Source of the DNA: Lingula anatina
Taxonomy: Eukaryota > Animalia > Brachiopoda
Direction of reading: 5' to 3'
Length of the DNA: 64,000 nt
NCBI GenBank assembly: GCA_051362555.1
Contig: CM120645.1
Location: 13,330,001-13,394,000 of the forward strand
The notes under the pieces were generated by a model. The model ran no database searches. It was given only the letters and a program-made list of their open reading frames with translations, and was not told the DNA's origin. Position numbers and translations under genes: made by a program. Of this stretch, positions 10,201 to 24,900 are shown piece after piece (the stretch's first letter is position 1; each line of letters opens with the position of its first letter).

Positions 10201-13200
10201 TTACCTTTAAGGCACCACACTAAAATCCAAACAAAACATCCAGTGGTTTACTATGTAGACACAACTACGACTCCTTTCGTCTGTACATACCATCCTCAAA
10301 GGGTTTAAGGTCCACTTTAAGTCTAAGGCATGGTTCTGATGCACAAAGAAAGGCTGCGTCGAGGTCCCAGTCAGACAACAAAGCCAGGTAACAATCTTGT
10401 CCTCGCTCATCCTTAGCCAGGTAACTCACTGTGAAGTCACTGCAATGAAAAAGAAAGAAATAAATAATTTGAGTGCTTTTTGTAACCACTTTGTAAAAGT
10501 TACTGTTCAGTCACTGCAATGAAAAATTAATAAATAAGTAATTTGAGGGAATTTTTCGTACCCTCTAAAATGAAAGTAATTTTTTGTAACCTCTATAAAT
10601 GTCACTGTAGAGTCACTGCAATGAAAAAGAATCTGTCTTCATTATCCATTTAAGGAGGTATTTTTTGTCCTAATCTCCAAACAAATCTTTGATTTGCTGA
10701 TCTTTGAATCACTAACTCACTGTGAAGTCACTGCAGTGAAGAACAAAATTTACTCAGTTTGTTTTTTTTTTTTTAGATTGTATAATTTTTACCAAGCTTT
10801 CATATAAAACTTCACCCAGTTAACTCCCCTATTACATCAAGACAAAGCAAAATAAATAAATAAATTAATTAAATCAATTAAAAATATCAACCATTAGATA
10901 TATTTCTCTACATTTGTTAATCACAACAATTCAACAAGCCATAACAAAGTGCCAATTACTCAAGGACATCCAATATACACACATAGCTAAAATTATGCTG
11001 CCAAACAACAAACAGGCAGCAGTCTTTATTATGTCTATGTTGGGAACTTATGTTCATAGCAGGAAAGTGCTTGAGCCAAAAATGAAGTATATTTAAATTT
11101 TACACCCCATTTAAATTTTTTTACTTTTAGAATTTGATTCATATTTCTGTCACTTATTTTGTTAGAAATTTCTCTTTATAATCATTCCTAGGCTTATGCA
11201 AGTAAAAACTTTTCAAAATGCCCAATGTAATTTACTTTGATTAAATAATACAAAATATATATTTTTTAATTTCCTAATGGATTTAACCACATTCTGAGCA
11301 TGACTCATGAAATCATCCAAAAATATGTTCAGGAAAGGACCAATATTTAAGTCCAAATACTAAAGATGTCTCCCTTCTTTATTTTTTTTCACCAATTAAT
11401 CAAGATGTACGATATATCAGTGATTACAAAATAAAACATGAGCTCCACTATTCATTTAATGTCTTCAATTTTAACAAAACTGGTTCCTCTCCGTACCTGG
11501 TTTTCAAATAATAAATTGATAAATATAATTACTCATCAAAAAAATTCCAGCAATAACTTTTTATTTATTCCAGCGATACCTTTCATCAGTCTCCACTTGC
11601 TGTGAAATCTCTGGAGAAAACAATTCTTTTTCCTTCATACTTCTTCTCCTGAAGGGCTTTCTTTCTCTAAACTTGCTTAGAAAATTTTTGCTAAACCTCA
11701 TGATGCAGCAGTGATACACAAGTAGCAAACTGCACTGCATGCTATTCACCTCACCATGCCGGCTTTATATATATGCAGGCAGCCGGGAGAGTAAACATAG
11801 TACATCAGCAAGTTACATTGAGAACAGGTCAACTCAACTTGTGTCAATTGAGGATAACATCATTCAGGTTAGAGACATTTATTGAACACTGAAGTGCTTG
11901 TTTTTTAAAATCATCTTAGCTGATAGGAGTACGTTAAACTTTGAACCTGTTGATTGTTTGTTTCAAGGCTGCTGGAAACCCCTCATTGTAATAAATATGA
12001 ACCAAGTGAACCAAGAAATTCATGAAGGAAAAGACTTCAGCTGATTCAAAAGGCAATATTCAATAAACTTGTGGTCAAACCAGCTATCGATTTGTCTGTC
12101 TACAACTCTCTCCTTTTAACTTTATTTGTAGACAGGATGAGGTATGTCTCAAAATGAGGTATGTCTCAAAATAGAAAAGATTCCTGGGTAACCATCTTCA
12201 TCCACGTCATATGCTGATAAGGTCATAGGACTGATATACTTTATCTGTTGAAAATCCTTAGCTATACAAAAATCACATTAACTTCCCAAGTAAATCTCTC
12301 ATTTTTAATCTAAATTTTTTTCTTTGATACTTTCTACAAGGCATATACATGCCTTTTAATGTTCCTATTTATAGTACCAGACTAAAGAAACCAGATTTTC
12401 TTCCCTCCAACAACAGAAGAACAAACAATCAACATGTTGACTGCCTACAGCATGACCTTGGATCTTCAAACTACATGGAACAATTGATAATTGTCCACTT
12501 CAGAGAATATGCTATTACCCAACCCTATCTTTATGAGGTAACAGCGGTGGCATTGACTTAGGGACCATTCATAATAGGGGACTAACTAGTCCGAGGGTCA
12601 AATATGGCCGACCCACTTGAATACTTCCCCATGGGATATCTATTCAGTGTTTATTAGCGGATTAGTTGGCAAGCTTTGTAGTGGGTTGCCATATTTGATC
12701 CTCAGGCTGGTTAGTCCCCTATTCTGAATGGGGCCTTATATTACTTCTATATATTACTTCTACTCATCAAGGCCATGTAGTTGAAGAGGGCTAAAAAGGA
12801 GTGCAACCACGATAGAATTCTTGCTCTTAAAAACATTTATTGATAAGAAGGGGATCCTACTAACCATCAAATTACTGTAGGCCTATCATATCTATTGCAA
12901 TTCATGGTGGGCCCACTGGGAGATAAATAAAGTTGATCTTGCAATCAAAAACATTCAAATTAATTTCACTGTAAATGATGGAAATATTGGTTATGCTGCA
13001 TCATATATTATTGTCAAGTATTATCATGGGTTTTTGGTTTATCTTACGGTTTTAAAATCAGGTGAGATTTTGCAGCTTTTGGAGGAGAGTGGGATCAGAA
13101 ATAATGGCAGCAAATCAAGTCCGTTGCAGCAATGAATAAAAGACGCCAAAATTTATGCAGAGATTTCAATGCAGCAATGAATAAAAGAGAATTTATGCAG

Positions 13201-16200
13201 ATATTTTTTATTTTGGTTCTTTTCTCCAAAGTTCTATTGATTTATAGTCTATTGCACTAGAGTGTAAATCTACCACATTTTGAGTGTGTCGATCACTTCT
13301 TTTCTAAGACAATATGCCCAGTGCAGTGTTTCACCTTTAATTATCACTGGAAAGTTAACCTACCCCACCTCAGGCAGATCCCCATGTATTCTAGTTCGGT
13401 ACCATGTGAATGCATATCAGTCCTCAACCTTACAAAAACTGGTCATCTACGGTCAGTATAATACCACATACCTTGCTGTCACTGTTACCTAAGGGTCATT
13501 GACCACCTTCAGATTAAATTGAAATGAAATGATCTATAATTAGAAAATACCAACCTAAATATCAAAAGTGAACTTGAAACAAATGACATCGGTGATAAAA
13601 AGCAGATTGCATGTACATTATCAGTCAATGACCACTCTTGAACTGGTCACTGTGAGAGAAAAATGACAGGGACAATCTCATTTTTCTGACAGTGTTATCT
13701 GTTGTGAAGGATACAGATGATGCACTGCTCACCAAACACCCCAAAAACGATCATGACTGGTCATATTGGGTAAACTTCAAATGACATTGTTATTCTTGCA
13801 ATTATAGTAACCATATATGTTAAAGTGTTTGTCATATACTGAAGCTGTGGTACACAAATGAAAATAAAATTCTGTCAATTCTCTAACAGAACCATCCAGA
13901 GTAAAATGGTGAACCTAATTTGCTGTTCATTATAAATCCTAGATAAAGCAAAATTGCACAATTGTTGATTACGTAATGACTGACTGGTCAACTTAGGACA
14001 GAATGTTACCTCACATTAGATATGGCATCAATGATAAGTTGGTAAAGATTATAAGGCAATGATAATTTACTGATCATATCGGTTATTGACCAAAAGCTCC
14101 GTGTGTAAATGGCCATTTATCAGCAACCTGGGAAGCAATTTTGTTGACTGGTCATTTTAGGACAAAATTATATCATGGATTAGATTTGTCTTGTAGTAGA
14201 TTTGAAGGTAATGCAGACATGTAGGCAGCGGGTATTTCAGAGGTTAGAGCCTGCAATGATAAGTTATTGTAGATCTGGAAGCAATGTTAAGTTTCTGGAT
14301 TTATTGTTTCACTGATCAAATTGGTAATTTCTGGACATCACATGGTTTCAAAAGAAAGACTAATTTCACTGTAAATTAGTCAATGGCCTAGTAAATTCTG
14401 CTTATGTTATAGCATCTAGTTATATGGAAAAGATGGCGATCACACTTCCCCAGCACATAAGATGGTATCCATAACAATGCAAGTGACAACATTGTTTTAT
14501 TTTCCAACTTACGTATTAAATGAAAACTAAATATTCTTTCTAAAATCTACCAGAAAAGGACTTTTTGTCATTTTAAATTATCATCATTGGATACAAACCT
14601 TATATGGATTTATTATATCTTATCATATTTTCCAAGGCCAGTGAAAAATTATTTCAACTTTCACTGGATTTGTTTATCTGGTAAAATTTATTTTGGGTGA
14701 ATGTGTAGAATCCAAAATCCACAAGTCTGTAATGCAAAGGCGTTATTCTGTTTACTTAGTCCATCTTGGGAAGGTATAAAATTAACTTTCACAGACCTTG
14801 AAAATTGCGATAAGATATGAGCCAATGCCATGCTCGTTTTTAAATATGATTTAAGATAACAGGTAAAAATGACGAAATGTCCACATTCAGAGCATGTGAC
14901 CACTGGATTCTTATCAAATTGAAGAGGAAAGTGAAAGTAAACATGTACCAACTGCACTATAAAGACAAACAAAGCTGTCGCTGCTGCACAACTTGGCCTG
15001 TTACCACCTCCCCATTCAAACTTGTCCCCAAATTTGAGATATATAATAATAATACCAATATGAAAGTCAGTCATTATGAGATGATTTTATCAGTTGTAGT
15101 TCTGCTGATCGCTATGTTAAACAAATGTTATCATGTGACTACTGAATGTTGTTTTCAGTGAGTAACTAAATAAATAACTATTTCATCTACACTGGAAATA
15201 TAGAGACCATTTTGATTACTAAACACCGATTAAAGATCACAAATCATAGTTTCTGAATTTCAAATCAAAATCAACATACCATGGACATGTGACATATTGA
15301 TCACTCTCACTGGACATGAGGGATTTGTAGAAAGTGAAAACAAACAGCCAAACACAGACATCTACTAGTATCTCCCCAATTTTATCAAAAGATCAATACA
15401 TTCATGTAACATGAAACACACGTGATGCTTAATCAGCCGCAGTTGGCCTGATCACATTAGCCAGTGAAAACACGCAATATCCAATACAAACTTTTAACTT
15501 TATCTCAAATGATGCAATGATACACAACAGCAACATCGTTACATGTATGTGTCATCAAATGCTCTGCACTGGGTTGCATGATTTTGATACTAATCACCCA
15601 GGAACCAATCATTTCTTTTGGTTCATATCAATATCTATAAATCAGAGTATGTAAATTAATGGCTTAATATAGCTTATCTTTATCAAATCAGACTGTGAAA
15701 ACAAAGTTTTCAAAACAAAATTCAAAACGATGCAATGATAGACATCAGCAGTATGCTATCTAACATATTCATCATGCACTTTGAAACAAGTGTTCTGCAC
15801 AGTGCTGCATGATTTTGATACCAATCGCGTGTTTCAATTCATCAATATCATCAAATTTTGTTCTGATATCCCTCAAGGTTTAGACATAGAAACAAGATAA
15901 ACTTAACCTTTCAAGTAAAGCTACTTATTAAACTTTGTGTGTCTTCATTCAGTTATATGATAACTTCAACTTCCTTCTTCTACATCGCACTGAGATTCAT
16001 ACTCTGATGTCCCACTGTTCCTTTATTTTATTTATTTTTTTTTTTTGGCAAAACTACAACTTTTTTTATAACAAAATTCCAAGGACTGAAAATGATCTTA
16101 TGTGGCTCCAGTTTAGTGTTGATTTTTTTTTTGCCTGGGTGCCTATGTGAGAATTGTAAGGATTTAATTATGTATAGTTTGAAATTCTTATTTCAGTATA

Positions 16201-18883
16201 AATTAGTATAACATTAAGAAGAAATTAGTATAACATTAAGAAGATATAAAATGTGGACAATACTTCAAGGTCAAATTGCTCTTTCATGCCCCCCCCCCCC
16301 TTCCGTCTCCCACAGCCAAACACTGGTTTGAGGTCACAATTTACGTTTTGTCAAAATCATCACAACTATAACACACAATGCATGTGACATTGATCATTCT
16401 CATTGAACGTGATGAATTTGTAGAAAGTGAAAACAAATATCCCTACACAGACATCTATCACCTTTATCTTTATCAATGGATTAATACTAGTACTTTCATG
16501 TACCATGAAGCACACGTGATACCTGATCAGCTGAAGTTGGCCTGTGAAAATTAAACAGTGAAAACGTGTCTGTCATGAAATGATCTGCACTGCTTTGCAT
16601 GATTTTGATTCCAATCACTTGGGCACCAATCACTTTCACTTATTCATGTCAATATCTATATATATCAGAGTATGTAAATAAATGATTTAATTTAACCCAT
16701 CTTTATCAAATTGGACAGTGAAAATTAATTTTCCACAACAAAATTCAAAACTAATGCACCGATACGCATCAGCACTATGGTATCAAACAAAAACGATCTG
16801 TGCTGTGTTAAATGATTTTGAAACCAACAACCTGGGAACCAATCTCTTTTTCAATTTTATCGTTTCATCTGATCACCATTCAATATACTCCAATGAGAGA
16901 GAGAGAATATATATGAACAATCAGTAGACAATATCGCACATCTTCAAGTAATGTCATGACAGTTCATGGATGAGGAACGTGTGTGCGAGCAGATAATTTC
17001 AATCTGTTCTCCTTAACTAACCAGTGAAAGTGCACAGAGTCACAGTTTGCCATTTATACCTCAATTCACACCACGGATATAGGACAAGACAGTGACACAC
17101 GTAGGGATACATGTGCACAAGCGCATGTGCATGGTGATGCAGACGTTTGCACAGCGTTATCCTTTCTTTTTATCTCTTCACCCGACATTCATGTCACGTG
17201 AGATCAGATAAGATTATTGTTATTAAAATCGCTTCTATTACACAATCAGGCTTTGTGTGGATGATCCTACATGAAATAAAGATATTCCACAAGGGATATT
17301 CTGTAGTAGGAATTATTTGAAGATCAAGTAAATGAACTTTAAACAATTTTTTTAATTCTAAAAGTGGGTGATCAAACATATTGGTCATGTTATTTTTTCA
17401 CCAGTTTGTCAATGACTCAAGATTTCTTTGTATAGATTATTACATCATTTTATTTATTTATTTATTATTTTTTTTTTTTTAGTGATTTTGGCAGTTAACA
17501 ATACATTTGGATTGATCCTTGAGGGCAGCTTGCAACATGTTACTGAGTATGATATCCTAACTTAGGAGCTAGACAATGAGATCAATTATTAACTAAAGTC
17601 AGGTAACTATATTAAGATTATGACGTCTAGGTCTGTTCTGAGGGAAACAAGATAACACATTACCTTAAACTTAGTAATAAACAGGTACAGGATAGCAATT
17701 TTGTGTAGAATCAATATATACATACTCAATTCATTAACTTGTGGTGTTGATATTTACAAGTGGAAAATTACACAATTCCGAGCTTTGAATTAGTTGTAAA
17801 CATGTAAGCCTTATCAAATGAGATGTCTAGAAATAGGCCCATCCATATGTAATTGCATAATACCGACTGATATGTACTGGCACCAAGACAGAGCTGTATG
17901 AGTAATAAAGCTGGACTTGGCAGATAAGATGCATATGTACCAGTCTAGCAGACATTGGAGACAGTCAGCAAATATAGGAACCTTGTACAGTAACGACCTG
18001 GAGAATCTGCCTTGACCCACACCACTTCTCTTTTTCTTCTTGTATGAATACAATTTATCCCCCAATCTGTGGCCAATTTTACAAAACCGTCCAAATGAAT
18101 GATGTTTCGATTTGTGTCTTCCCCTGCTAAATGTATTGCCACCATCAAGTGTTGATAATATAATGAGGTATGTCTCCTTTTAAGTAATTAAAATTACTAC
18201 CCTCAACCCCCTGCCACCTGTTACTGCCCTTAGGCATTACCTATTGAATCCTCCCTGTTCATTCCCCAGTATTTTTATGTACAATGCACATCTTGTGCAG
18301 CTGAGGGACATAAATTATTGTGACATGACATCGGATACTGTGTCGCTGCAGGTAACAGTGCAACCTGTTACTCAATTATACATGTAGTGGATAGGCTACA
18401 ACAACAAAGCTATCCACAGTCAGGAGAAGAGATCATTTTGAATCAAGGTCTATCAGGGCTATTAACTTTTGTCTAATACCGTACCTCAACATGCTAATCC
18501 TCTCTTTTTCAGCTCATTGATAATTACTAGTACTTTTTTTCAGAATTATGAAGCCATGGAAAACATTTTTCCCTAACAGAACCAGTTATATTGCATCCAG
18601 GGCTCTAATCAGCGCACTGCTCCTTTCTCATAATAACAGCTACAAAAATATGCAATATTAGGATGCATGTGCCACATCCATCAGGGCATGAAATTACACA
18701 GAGCCAGTGCCTTTCTGTCTTCTTGATTGCATATGACCATTGGGAAGAATGAGTTATTAGGTGGTCATTTAACAGTAACCTGCCATCCTTGTAACACAGA
18801 CAGCAATTGTGACAGTGGGACAGGTGATCGTAGCTGTCATCTTGTACAGGTGGCATCTGTCAACCACAACTCTTCTCTGTTCA

Positions 18884-18955
<72 letters not shown>

Positions 18956-21900
18956 AAGAACACCTGAGCCAAATATTACTCATGTTTTTATAATTAATCT
19001 GTGGAATAAATAAATAAATAAATAAATAAAATAGAAATGATAATTACCGCAAGTATATTGGTCTGCTAGTTCAATGGCTGACTTTTCAAGGCATCTTAAA
19101 AAGTTTATGACCGTAAGACTTAATCAAACACAGAAAAAAGAATGATGCTGAAACAAGCTTCATCCGTTGGAGAAATACAATATGAAGCCCAACTGTCAAG
19201 CATTATCGCTAAAGATTAACAGCAGCTTGATTGCCAAGAAACACACAATATGAGAAACATCTATCAGCCAGACAAATATGGATCCAAAGACCTGAACTCA
19301 GACAGGCTCACAGTTTAAAAGTCGATAGGACTCTGAATTACTGAAAAAAAAGGAGACATTCTCATGATACATATTTTAAAGAGACATTCTGTTGTCAATT
19401 TTTGAGCTCAAGACAAGGTATTTTGTACAGCAATTAGGATATGGCTGTAGAATATAATATCTACAGCCACAGTGCCAGCTATAAACTAGTAATTGGGAAT
19501 GATATGATACAAAAAATCAATACAAAAGCGGCATTTGATGATTATGTTACCGTGTAAAAACATGGATCATGTAATCAATGGGTGATATGTACAGGATAAC
19601 GAGGTTTTCATGTTCTTTCATTCTCAAACGGCAACAGTGGCCTTTCTCAACAAAGAGAACCTGTTAAGTACAGTATACTTCAGCCAAATAGAAACACAAA
19701 TGTAACTTAATTTTTACGTAATTTTCAAATGTGCTTGAAATTTTCAGGTGTTCAAATTTAGCAAGTCAGACACAATGTTCCTGCCATGGTCATTTTCTCA
19801 CTGAAAGTTATTAAAACTACAATGGTGATTTCATTTTAAAAACTGCCTTTATATAATGTATTATGAAAATGCTGTATTCAATCATTTTGCTTAATACAGA
19901 GAGGTTTTATGAATCTAATACAGGGATGGAATTCAACTACAATGATCCATATAGACCTTTTTCATCTTTTCCGGAAATGGAAATTGCATTGTGGGTAGGG
20001 GAGCCCAGCTACGTCGAAACACTTAGAGCGGTGCTAAAAACCATGGCTGGGTTTACGTGCTTTTTGTCCCGCTGCTACAATAACAGTAAGCGAGATCGAC
20101 ACATGAGGTTTAATAAGTTCCCAACAAACCCGTTAGAATGAAAAATATGGTAGAAAGAAAGGAAAATATAGCAGGTTTGGATCAAAAGCAGGGGACCACG
20201 TTTGCGCTGAACACTTCGAAGGCGGGAAGAAAAACTATAATATTAGGAGATCAACGGTGCTTTAATAAAAAACAGAAATGCTTAGTTAATCAACGGATAT
20301 AACGAACTATCGGCAATTAGAACTCGGGGGTAAACAATGTGAGAAAAAAAAAACATTATAAAGATCTGAAGAAAAAATTGAAGAATAGGCCGGCCGGCCC
20401 TAAAAATAAAGAAAATACTTCAAGCATGAGATTATGGAAAAAGAAAGTAAAAGCTGTGAAGTTTTACACGGGGATTCTACTTTAAAAAAAATCAAGAATT
20501 TTCACGACTTTTTGTGTAACAACAAAGAGGTTTGAAAAGTTTTGTATGTAATATCCTTTTTGTGGGTGTTTTATTGCTAAGTGATCATTTTAAATGTAGT
20601 AAGCCTATCACAGGTTTTAGTCTCTCATAACGCTTTGTAGGGTGGGTTCTATTTTTTTAACGTGAGACGTTAATAAAATTTTTATTATTATGTATCCAGT
20701 CCCGTATACGTATTACTGATTTGTACAAACTGGGCTCATATTATCAAGATCAACAGAGACATACGAAGAAGAAATTACATCGGCTCTTGTTGAACGCGTT
20801 ATCGGCAAAATAAAAAGTTATTTATTTCTGAACTCAATGATAAGAGAATTGGAAAATTCAATGGGCATATATTTCCCAAAAAAATGCAGAAAAGCCTTTC
20901 TGTAAGCTACACGTACATAATACATGTATGGTAAAGACAAAATGGATAATAAAAATAATCGTATTTGTAAAGTAATACAAATATGCTTAGTATTAAAGTA
21001 GGCCTACGTATATTTAACTGTCTTAGATAGTTGAAAAGTATGAAATGTGTGGAAAACACTTTATTTGAATGATTTTATTGTCTTTGATTGAAAACGATGA
21101 AAATACGCACGAAAACATTTAAAAATCAAATAATTTGGCCTCTTGCTATAATTTTGTTTTTACCTGACGGTTTTGTTTCAGTTTGACAAAATTTTCATAC
21201 TTGTCAGACCGAAAGTCTGACATTTTTACCTGTCGTAAATTTTGTACATATACTAGAGTAAGACACGGTAGACTTTGATTATCTTCTGGGAAAGACTCGA
21301 ATATTCCTGTCTCACCTATTTAACAGTTAAAATTAGAAGGTTTTAATTACAGGGGAAAGGTCGTAGTTGTGGCCGCCCCCCTTACCGAACAATTGAACAA
21401 GTAACACCTGATGCCTTATCAGGTACCAAACGATTTAATCAGTTCACCGACGGACGATCTGCGTGTCAGTTTTACCTGTATACACAGTATACAGGTACGA
21501 GTCAAACAATGCAGGAAATCTTTTCATTTTATCACTTCAAAAATCTCTTAAGACATCCTTCAAACAAGACATAAAAATCGTAAAGAATTGACACTGCCGG
21601 TAAATGAGGTGATATCGCCACTGCTTGCATATATACATGTAATATTGTGAAGACGTAGGCCTACGCACCTGTCCACACTCTTGAAAGCTGTGTACGAGTC
21701 TACTGGCCATTTTGATTTTATATATAAAAAAATAACGAGTCTCTTTCGCATATCTTTATTATCGGAAGCATTTAAAAGAACTCTGAAGCGTTAGTTCGTC
21801 AACTCTGAAGCGTTAGTTCGTCATCACTATTGAAAGTGCAGCCAAGGCTCGGACGCTTAAGTGAAGTCTAGTTGTACAGCGCATCGTATTTAAACTGAGA

Positions 21901-24900
21901 AAGAAAACATTTAATTGCTAGATTCTCCGTCCAAATAGCTGTTTCTTGCCTACAGTTTACGCATTTCTGTGCTTCAGCCACCTTTTTAGTTTGACAGAAA
22001 GCAATGCACGCTTCATACGGCCTTTTTATATGCGCACCTTGTACATCATTTACACCTAGCATTGCCATGCTGGAAACAGCAGTGTACCACCATGACCCCT
22101 GTGGCGCGCGGTTCCTGTCATGCGCACTTCGTATTTCCGCAAAAGATGAAAAAGGTCTATACAGACGCCACCAATGTGCTCATAGTTTGATGCACTTGAG
22201 GACTGATGTGGCAAAAATCTAGACCCATCTGAAAATGCATGGGATACTAGTTAATCATTTTTAAAGGTGCCCAAACATCAAAGAGTGCCTTACTCCAAGT
22301 ATACATCAAGGGTCAACAGGTCAACTGAGGCTGTAGAGCACATTCTTCACCTGAAAATGTCCTCACTGTGCTTCACATGCTGTCAGGCAAAGAGATAAAG
22401 AAACAGAGAGATATTACCTTTATTCTTAATTGGCAGCCATAAATAGTGCAGTGCCTTGGATATATGAGTTTGATTGAAAAAAATCTAAATTAAGATTTAG
22501 TTGGTCAAACATGAACATTTTTCCAAATGGACATTGTTAACAGAGCAGCTATTTTACCATCACTTTTTAGTCACGTGCAGACATATATCTTTGCCATATC
22601 AACATCGACATCGATGCTCTACACATTGTTGTAGAACTCAGAATAAATAACTTCACTTAATGCATGAAGATAAACAAATTGATACACTCCTTAATTACTG
22701 ATGCTTATCTATGTGCACTGAATTAATTTACACACACAAACATTAGAAAGTGGTATAATTTGTAGATTTATGAACAATTAGTGTAATCTGTGTGCTACTA
22801 TTATTATCATATTCATCACTGTACATTTTCACCTGCTCCGTCTGGTGTAATATCATGTTTTCAATTTACACAAGAGATGTGAACACAGGCTCTTGCATTC
22901 TAGGAGGAGAAGCAGTAACAGTGATGTGGCTGCGGAGCCGGCAGACAATACCAGTCAGGACTAAAACCATAAGTACTGCCAGCGCCGTGCTGGTGGTACA
23001 ATAATATAATGTCCAACTCACCCTGTGACATCAAACGCTCTCGCGAGGAGACTCTGGAGAACCTCAAATGATGTTATCTGAGGGTCGATGCTGAACTTCT
23101 TGTACTCTGGCTGCTTGTAGCCATCACTTTTCTGGAAATAAATGTTGCCACCATAAATATGATTTGTCAGTGTTTTACAAACTATTTCATATCAATCTTT
23201 TTATTGAATAATCAAAAGGTGGTAAAATTGAGTATTTCTTAAAGATGAACAATTAAATTGTGGAAACCATTACAGATTCAAACATTTTCTGTGGACATAG
23301 CAACAAATGTATCAAATTCAAAGTAAATGTTATCTAAGGGGATTCTTTAGCAGGACAGAAAGATCATGTTGTCAAACATTAGTTGAATCTCAGGGGGACA
23401 AGGGACGTCACAGTTTGACAGCCTATTAGTTTCTATTAAGACCTCAAATGAGCTGATAACATTCCTAACACACAATTATTAACCTGAGTGAAATTCCTCA
23501 GCTCAATTCCTAACTCTAATACTTTTTTCAAAACTTGATATATCTTTTCCATATTCCAAAATCATTTTGACCAAAGCACTAAATACATGAATGATTTTAA
23601 TATATTTTAACATAAAATCGTTTTTTTTATATGATCTCAAACTAATTTCAAACATGATAATGATAACCAGATCTGAAAGCCCAAAGACGATTTTTAATTA
23701 CACTGGTCATGCAGTTTCCTAAATCCAATGTCCTGAATTACAGGTCAGTCCACTTAATGACCAGTCCAGGTTTATCCCCAATAAAACTTTACTACTCTAG
23801 CCTAAACACAGTAAGAGATGATATCAGTTTAATCCCCAGTCACTTGTGACCAGTAGTTTGATAAACTGGCCAAAGGCAAATAAACATGTTTATCCCAGTG
23901 ATTAGACTTGAAATAAGCTGGCGGGTTTCAAGAAGAGTGTCTCCTCCTTGTCGAAGTTATATCTAGGAAGGATTATTATTAATTGAATCAAAACAGATTT
24001 TTCCACAGGGAAAAGAGTGACAAAATACCACTGACTTACTGGCTTCAAGCCTACACCTTTAGTTTTTAAAGTAAGAATGGTAGATTCACTGAACTGAAAC
24101 TTTATCTAAACTGTTATCTTCTAGAAGAGAAATAGTGATCTCATCTGAATTACCTCACAATCTCACCTAACAATTGTGCATTTTGAATTCAACTGAAACT
24201 CCAAATAACATCATTTCATTTTAATTAAATGCATAATTAACAATATCAAAGCTCACTGATTTTACATTTAAAACAGATAACTTGCATTACAAAGGCATTT
24301 CACAGATGAGCATCACTTGTGTCATTACACATCACCTTAATTGAAATCTTGCCATTCATCAGAGCACCTTTAATCCTTATCAATGCATTTTATCATAATC
24401 AACAAAACCCCACCATAATCTCTCTCAAAGATCAACTTGAACCATCGTACCACGATGCACAAAAGCCAAGGCATGTATCAACCCTGCAGGTTAATTATTC
24501 ATTACAGTTGGTTACAGCAGACAGAGCAACCTGTTGCAACAGTTTACGCCACGTTTAATTTCCACTTCTAAGGTCAGTTGAGAAACATACTAGAATTAAG
24601 ACTCTTTTGGTTGGAACAATACAGGTGTGCGCACACGATTACACGACTGATCAATGGGTAACTGCATGGACTTTCAGGTGCAACTTATTACTCTTAAGTA
24701 TATTAAGTAATCTTATTAGTCACTGCCCCAGTGAACTATTTTAAGACACAGGCAAGCTCAGGTACTTAAAATTAGGCTTCCTAGCCAATGCCCCCTTCTG
24801 ACAATATAATTATATAGGATAGCAGTAGGTGTTGGTACAGAACAAGGGGTTTTCAATAGAGGCCTACAGGGGATAAATTAAAGCTGTGAAGGTAAACAAG

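Noticed and set aside
15280-15317. Another ATG plus phase-2 donor (MSSESDQYVTCP) in TBC1D25 intron 2
   Set aside because: Short, with no promoter motif, and the donor is missing in the duplicated copy; expected by chance.
18727-18993. ORFs with YIYIYI repeats
   Set aside because: Translation of the (TA)n microsatellite.
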